Assembly: GCA_951406725.2 (NCBI GenBank)
Contig: OX597819.1
Location: forward strand, 36,580,001-36,644,000
Direction: 5' to 3'
DNA from: Octopus vulgaris
Taxonomy: Eukaryota
Length of the DNA stretch: 64,000 nt
The notes under the pieces were generated by a model. That model had not been told where the DNA came from. It worked only from the letters and a program-made list of their open reading frames with translations, and ran no database searches. A program made the position numbers and the translations under genes. Positions 57,668-64,000 of the stretch are shown here, in pieces. The stretch's first letter is position 1. Each line of letters starts with the position of its first letter.

Positions 57668-59448
57668 GTACCGGACGTCACCAAGCGTAAGTTTACCCTC
57701 GTTCTGGTCTAACGACCCTCCATATTTGTTTTCGTTCGATTTCCTTGTATGTCTCCACTGTTTTGTTTTTGTTCCCAACTTTGACCCTCTATAAATCCCA
57801 AATTTCAGTCTACGCCACTTGCTCAAATCCACTACTACCAACTACATGAACTTCGAAACTTACCAGTATACCTTTATCACCATCGATTCTTCTTATATAC
57901 AAACGTATATCTACTATTTTGATTTCTCTACCACCTTCGCTTTTTTCTTTATTTCCTTTTACTTTTATTCAACTTTTTCACGCAAAAGAAATGTATGCAT
58001 TCAGCCCAAATGCGTACGTAATTTACTATCTTTGAAAAATGTCACGCTAATGGAAACTGAACTATAACGCTGTAAGCTGTTCACATAGATAAGACTAGTT
58101 CCTGAAGCATTCTGCGCTTTATTATGTATGTGAAAGCTCTGTTCTCATGAACGAGTTCACAATTACCCTTCCACACACACATGCTTGCGCATACATACAC
58201 ACATTTGAGACGGGTTATAATCACACTTCGTCTATCAAATTTCGATCACAAAGTTTTAGTCAACTTGAGGTTACGATATCAGATACTTGCCTAAAGTAAC
58301 ATCTGACTCGGAATCACATGGTTATTATACGAACTCTTTGCCATAGAGACTTGCACAGAAATACAATTTGAATTATTTAATTTGAAAGAGAATAAATTTA
58401 ATGACAAAATTTCCAGTTAGTTCAAATGTAATGTAGAAAACAAATGTTAAATACAATATACATTTCATTATGATGCTGCAATGATTCATATTGAACGTAT
58501 ATAACATAGAGCTGAGGCACTTCAGCTGTACCTTTGGCATAAAATCGTGATATCGCAAAGTTTTAGCTTATTTCTGTATGAATTGCTATAATTTATCAAG
58601 CTAAAAAGTCGGTTGATAGAATGTGGTTTGGAACGGAAAGGAGAATATATTGACGATGGTAAATTTATAGCATTGAAGAGATATAGAGCCTTGATTGGAA
58701 AACCTCAGCCAAGCATAATTCAGAAGCAAGTACATCGCAACAGAGCAAATTCAAGGAAATTACTTATTTACTGATAATTGACTTGTATATTTACATTAAC
58801 GGACGAAAACTAGTGTTTCGCCAAATGCGTATGCTAAGACTTAAGTACATTCTAGGTTATCTTGCACAGTTTACCTGATAATTGAGGAAAGTGCCCGCCA
58901 TCAATAGCAAATTGATTAACGTCCAGAAATAAAATGTGATGCAGAAGCAAACATTCTTTTGACTGCATTAACTTTTATAAATATTCAACTGCATGCATTC
59001 CTTAGCAAAAGTATATGATTAAAATCTCTGACTGACAGAATTCTTCGATTAATCTATTCTTTGCTTTTCATTTCTTAAGAAAATGGTTATGTATAAAAGA
59101 AGTTTCCTTTTTTCCTATAGACAATATACTCCTAGAGTCTTTAATAGAAAATTTAGATTGCGAATAAATAAATTCGCAGGCTGGTTTGTAGTAGTTGCTT
59201 ATTTTGAACAAATGAGTCTAGAATATATAATTGAACATAATAAATTAACTTATTGTTCATCTATTAATATCTCATTTATTTGGTTCAAGAGAAATCAAGT
59301 GAGGCAAAGACCTAAACATTATCAGAGTTTTCGACGTCTGGTTGGAAAAAATGTCTTATCTTTCCTCGTGAAAAATATTTGGCATACTTGGCATGAGAAG
59401 ACAAGAATTGTCGTATGTACGTAAACAAGTAAGCATTCATCAGCGAAC

Positions 59449-59851
59449 GGATCTTTTCAGTTTGAACGGCAGTTTTTTCTAGCGGTGTCATGAAATTGTC
59501 ACCCAAGTATCAATCTATTGCATTTCAATCTGTTTTAGGGTTAGTTAGGGTTAATTTTAGGGCTAGGGTTAGGTAGAAGGGTATCTTTTTTTCTTCACAA
59601 ATGTAAATAAACCCAATCTGTTTCTTAAACGAGGTACATATTCATACGGCACAAAATGTTTTTCACCTCAATAGACGTCAGTGGTTGGTTGAAATTGCAG
59701 AAATTGAAGAAAAAAAACAACAAATATCTCACAAACTATAGAATTTTCTCAATAAAGCCAAGAAGAAAAGATGTTTTATAAACACATTCTAGTTACCATT
59801 TTAGTTACCTAGAAATTATGTTAAAAACTGCCGTTCAAACTAAAATGATCC
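59449..59851. mobile_element. Second copy of the Merlin-like MITE (opposite orientation)
   Basis: Same TIRs and body. 8-bp TSD CAGCGAAC at 59441-59448 and 59852-59859. Confidence 0.85.
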
Positions 59852-60563
59852 CAGCGAACTATAAAGGACAATAAATATGAATACAGTGTAAGAAAGTAAT
59901 TTTACATAAAAAATTAAAGTATTTAGATGCAGACGTGGGTACATGGTTAAAAAATCATTTTTCACCGACATGTCGTTCTGAGTTCAATCTTACTACCAGC
60001 AGCTTTGGCAAATGACTTCTGCTGTAGCATCCAGTAGACCAATAGCTGGTGGGTGGAATTTGGGTAACAGAAACTCTGTAGAAATCCATTGAGTACGTGT
60101 ATGTGTATGTGTGTATGCGCGTGCGCACGCCGGTGTTGACGTTCACACTAGTATTGAAAAGACTCTACATTATCACACTGGTGTTGATAATGTCGAATCT
60201 GATAACTAAGTGGCACTTCAGCTAGATCGATTAAACCAGTACCAGGTTGAAATAAGTCCTGGGATCGATACACAATTCATTCTCTATGAAACTTGGGTCA
60301 ATATAATAGACTAAACTCTTCAAAGCAGCGGCTAAGTCCAAAGGGTATTTTATGAAATTTCCGAATGCTAATGCGAGTAATTAACGTAGCATGCAGTACT
60401 CTCTGTACTGCCAGCTTGTCTGCAGCAAAATAAATGAACAGCATAATCACTATAATATCACGGAGGAAAACTCGAAAAATATTCGCTCCAAAAATTCCAA
60501 ATTAATAATTACAAGCTGGATATTGAGTATCGTGTGTCCATGTAGTACCGCTGTATTTGATCT

Positions 60564-60799
60564 ACCTATTTCTTTACTACCCACAAGGGGATAAACACAG
60601 AGAGAACAAACAAGGACAGACAGACGGATTAAGTCCATTATATCGACCCCAGTGCGTAACTGGTACTTATTTAATCGACCCCGAAAGGATGAAAGGCAAA
60701 GTCGACCTCGGCGGAATTTGAACTCAGAACGTAACGGCAAACGAAATACGGCTACGCATTTCGCCCGGCTTGCTAACGGTTCTGCCAGCTCGCCGCCTT
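60564..60799 (-). mobile_element. SINE family A, full length with TSD
   Basis: Near-identical to 43995-44227. TSD tatttgatctacc. Confidence 0.88.
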
Positions 60800-61265
60800 C
60801 TATTTGATCTACCAATAAAGGAATCCTTTGTCTAGTTGGTGTAATATGCTTATTTCTTTCCAAACTTAATCCATTTTACAAAGACTGCCAATGTATCCAA
60901 TCACATTGATTTGCCTATCATACAAAGATGTTGGGCTGTATATTTGAATACTTGTGCAAATATTTTTGAGTATCATTCTAAAATAATTTGCGAAGCAGAT
61001 GGCAATATTACAAGAAATGAAATAACTAAAGAAAATTCCCAGTTAACTTGTTAAATACTTTATTGAGGATAATTTTTCTTTGTCTAAAATTTTCTAATTA
61101 GTATTGAAATGAGCTCTGAATTAAATTCTAACTACTAAAAATAGGTTTAATGTTGTAGAAAAATAACAAAGAACATGATTAATTGTCTATTCTAATAAAA
61201 GATTATGCTAATTGTATAAAATGATTTAAGTTGTAGCAGTATCAGTAATTGTATACTTTATTATT

Positions 61266-61307
<42 letters not shown>

Positions 61308-62317
61308 GAAGTGTGTTTGTGTGCAGCAGATAAATAGATAATTATTTCATAAAACAATGATTGGAATCTGATTTTGTTATCAGCATAAGTATACATTCAT
61401 AAAACAATACACGTTTTTTTACAAATATGAGGTGACAAATTGAATGAAGGGAAAACGATGCATTGTCACATTCACAAGTTTAAAATAAGGATGGAAAGAA
61501 GTTAGATATAACATAGAATTGAAACTAAATCGCTGGCACATTCTGTTGAAACAACTCAGTTTAAACAAGCGCAACGTTATAATGGTTATCGTAATTAAAT
61601 TATTAACAGATAACTGTTTTCAACTAAGTATAGATAGAGATGGGTCGCTACAATTCAAGCGTGCTATCTGTAACTATTGTTTAACAAATGGTTTGTTTAC
61701 GAAGATTGTAGGTGTAAATAAAAAAAAATGAGATGTTTTGTGTCATTGTATTTTATCAAACGTTAAAAGCTCTGTTGTTAGCCTGTAACACACACGCGCG
61801 CGCACACACACAGACACACACGCACATACATTGATGTATAAAGTACTATCACACGTATGTGTGATGAAACGTTGATTCTGGTTATAAATATGAAAATAAT
61901 TTTGGGATGAAGACAAGTAGCATAGAATTCACAAATTCCTAGGATTAGGCGAAATGGGCGCGATCAATGCTCATATACTTAATACAGTAAGAAAAAGAAT
62001 GTAATTAATTAAATTACACCTGTAATGCAGGGGAATTAATCATGAGTTTAATTAAAAATTCTTTTTAATAAATGAAGAGAAGGCAACCATTAGAAATAGA
62101 ATGTTGACAATACAGTGTAGAGTGAATCTGATTTTGGCAAATTAGTGAGAACTGCGGACATATTTTAGTGTTATTAGACAGAAGCAGACAAACAGCTGGA
62201 CGTTTTTTATGAATAAATACTGAACAACGAAGCAAAATAAAAGGACTTGGGGAAAGGGAGACTGCTTGATTGTGAAAATGACAAACGCCAAAAGGGGATA
62301 TATATATAGATATATGG

Positions 62318-62530
62318 AGGCGCAATAGGCCGGTGTCAGGGCAGCGGACTCGCGGTCGAAGGATTGCCGTTTCGATACCCAGGCCGAGCGTTGTATATGT
62401 TTATTGAGCGAAAACACCTAAAAGCTCCACGAGACTCCGGCAGGGGGTGGTGACAACCCCTGTTGTACTCTTTCGCCCCCAACTTTCTCTCACTCTTTTT
62501 TCCTGTTTCTTGAGTAACGCTACGATGGAA
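62318..62530 (+). mobile_element. SINE family C copy
   Basis: ggcgcaataggccggtgtcagggcagcggactcgcggtcg...gagcgaaaacacctaaaagctccacgag. Confidence 0.75.
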
Positions 62531-62886
62531 TATATGTAAATATATTCATGTCTGCGTGTGTGTGTGTGTGCGTGTGTGTGTTGTTATGTATATACTAAAC
62601 AAAACATTGTTCCAGGAAATAAGGTAAAAATGTTATGGAGTTATAGAGACTAGCAAGTGACTTAGTCTAAGATTGTGTGATGAAATTGAAGCGACTGCAT
62701 CGTGGAAGAGCCACATCAGCAATTTTATAACACACAAAGCTGTAGGCTTGATAAGGTAGCAGCATTTCCAACGCACAGTAGAACTACGTCAGTTACCAAG
62801 TAGCTGCTGTGCGATGAAAATTGTCACACCTCATGAAATAAATTTGAATTTTAAGTGAATTTTACAGTTTGTATGTTATTAGTTGG

Positions 62887-63302
62887 GGATCTTTTCGGTT
62901 TGAATGGCAGTTTTTTCTAGCGGTGTCATATGAAATTGTCACCCATAATTATGACCCTTGAATCGATCTATTGCATTTCAATCTGTTTTAGGGTTAGGGT
63001 TAGGGTTAGGGGTGGGGGAAGGGTATCTTTTTTCTTCACAAATGTAAATAAACCCAATCTGTTTCTTAAACGAGGAACATATTCATACGGCACAGAATGC
63101 TTTTTAACTCAATAGACGTCACTGATTGGTTGAAATTGCAGAAATTGAAGAAAAAAACAACAACAAATATCTTACAAACTATAGAATTTTCTCAATAAAG
63201 CCAAGAGAAAAATATGTTTTATAAACACATTCTACCAGTATACGAAGTTTAAAATTTTTTAGTTACCTAGAAATTATGATAAAAACTGCCGTTCAAACCG
63301 AA
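62887..63302. mobile_element. Third copy of the Merlin-like MITE, right TIR truncated
   Basis: Starts GGATCTTTTCGGTTTGAA, carries (TTAGGG)4 at about 62988-63011, ends ...GTTCAAACCGAA. No TSD visible. Confidence 0.8.
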
Positions 63303-64000
63303 TGTTAATGGTACAAATGTTAATGTACTAAAAATATGATTGTCACGAAGGAGCTGTAACGAGGTAAAAAGTAGAATCATATATTTTTAGGTCGGCGAAT
63401 ATATCAGTTTATCTTTTTATTCTTATATTTAAGCAGGTGCAAGCATGATTGTGTTACTAAGAAGTTCTCTTCGTAATGATATGGTTTTGGGATCGAACTC
63501 AATGATATGTGAGTTCAGTCTGTAGCCGGAAACTGTCAGATGAGGGTTCTTGTGTATTCTTGTATAGCAGATTTAATCTGCCACTGAGTTTATCACCAAC
63601 ATCTGACTCATAAGTGTCTTTAGATTCCTCCATTAAGAGTAACAAACAAAAAAAAGAAACACAGTTACATCACTATTATCGCACTTGCACAAAAATACAG
63701 ATTGTAGAAATGCTTTATTAAGTAGGTGTCGAAACACTGAGGTAAATTATTGTGTGTATGTGTGTGTGTGTGAACCAGGGAGAGAGAGTGACAGAGACGG
63801 ATATATAGTTAGTGTTAACAAAAGTCTATTAGATAAAGTCTATTAGATAATGATGACGAGTTTCATGAAACTTTATGGAATTTTCGCCATAGTATGTTGC
63901 TTTGTCTATGAAATAGAAAAACAATCACAATGGAAAGCTAGGAAAACAAGTTACAGTTAACATTAAACAGAAGAATTATCGGAGGTGCATGCCTTGCATA

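Overview
AT-rich, microsatellite-saturated eukaryotic DNA. The SINE families and repeat landscape look like an octopus/cephalopod genome (inference, not verified). The only host protein-coding gene I can support is a minus-strand GPR137/GPR137B (TM7SF1)-family lysosomal 7-TM gene. Five coding exons (43238-42819, 17789-17749, 15676-15442, 11663-11514, 2807-2676) splice in frame to about 326 aa, and the C-terminal exon(s) must lie left of the window. One intron appears to use a non-canonical GC donor. The rest is intronic or upstream DNA filled with mobile elements: two 5'-truncated CR1/L2-group LINEs head-to-head, RTE and R4/Dong-like fragments, Penelope-like remnants with hammerhead-ribozyme motifs, a decayed Tc1 transposase, MITEs (Merlin-like with TTAGGG repeats, piggyBac-like, Tigger-like, Helitron-like), three tRNA-derived SINE families and very long (TA)n/(TG)n arrays. 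Nearly all ORFs in the supplied track are microsatellite artefacts. I found no wholly new multi-gene system. The best leads are a well-formed hammerhead ribozyme in an inverted repeat, a covarying 3' stem-loop shared by LINEs and tail-swapping SINEs, and a telomere-repeat-carrying MITE.
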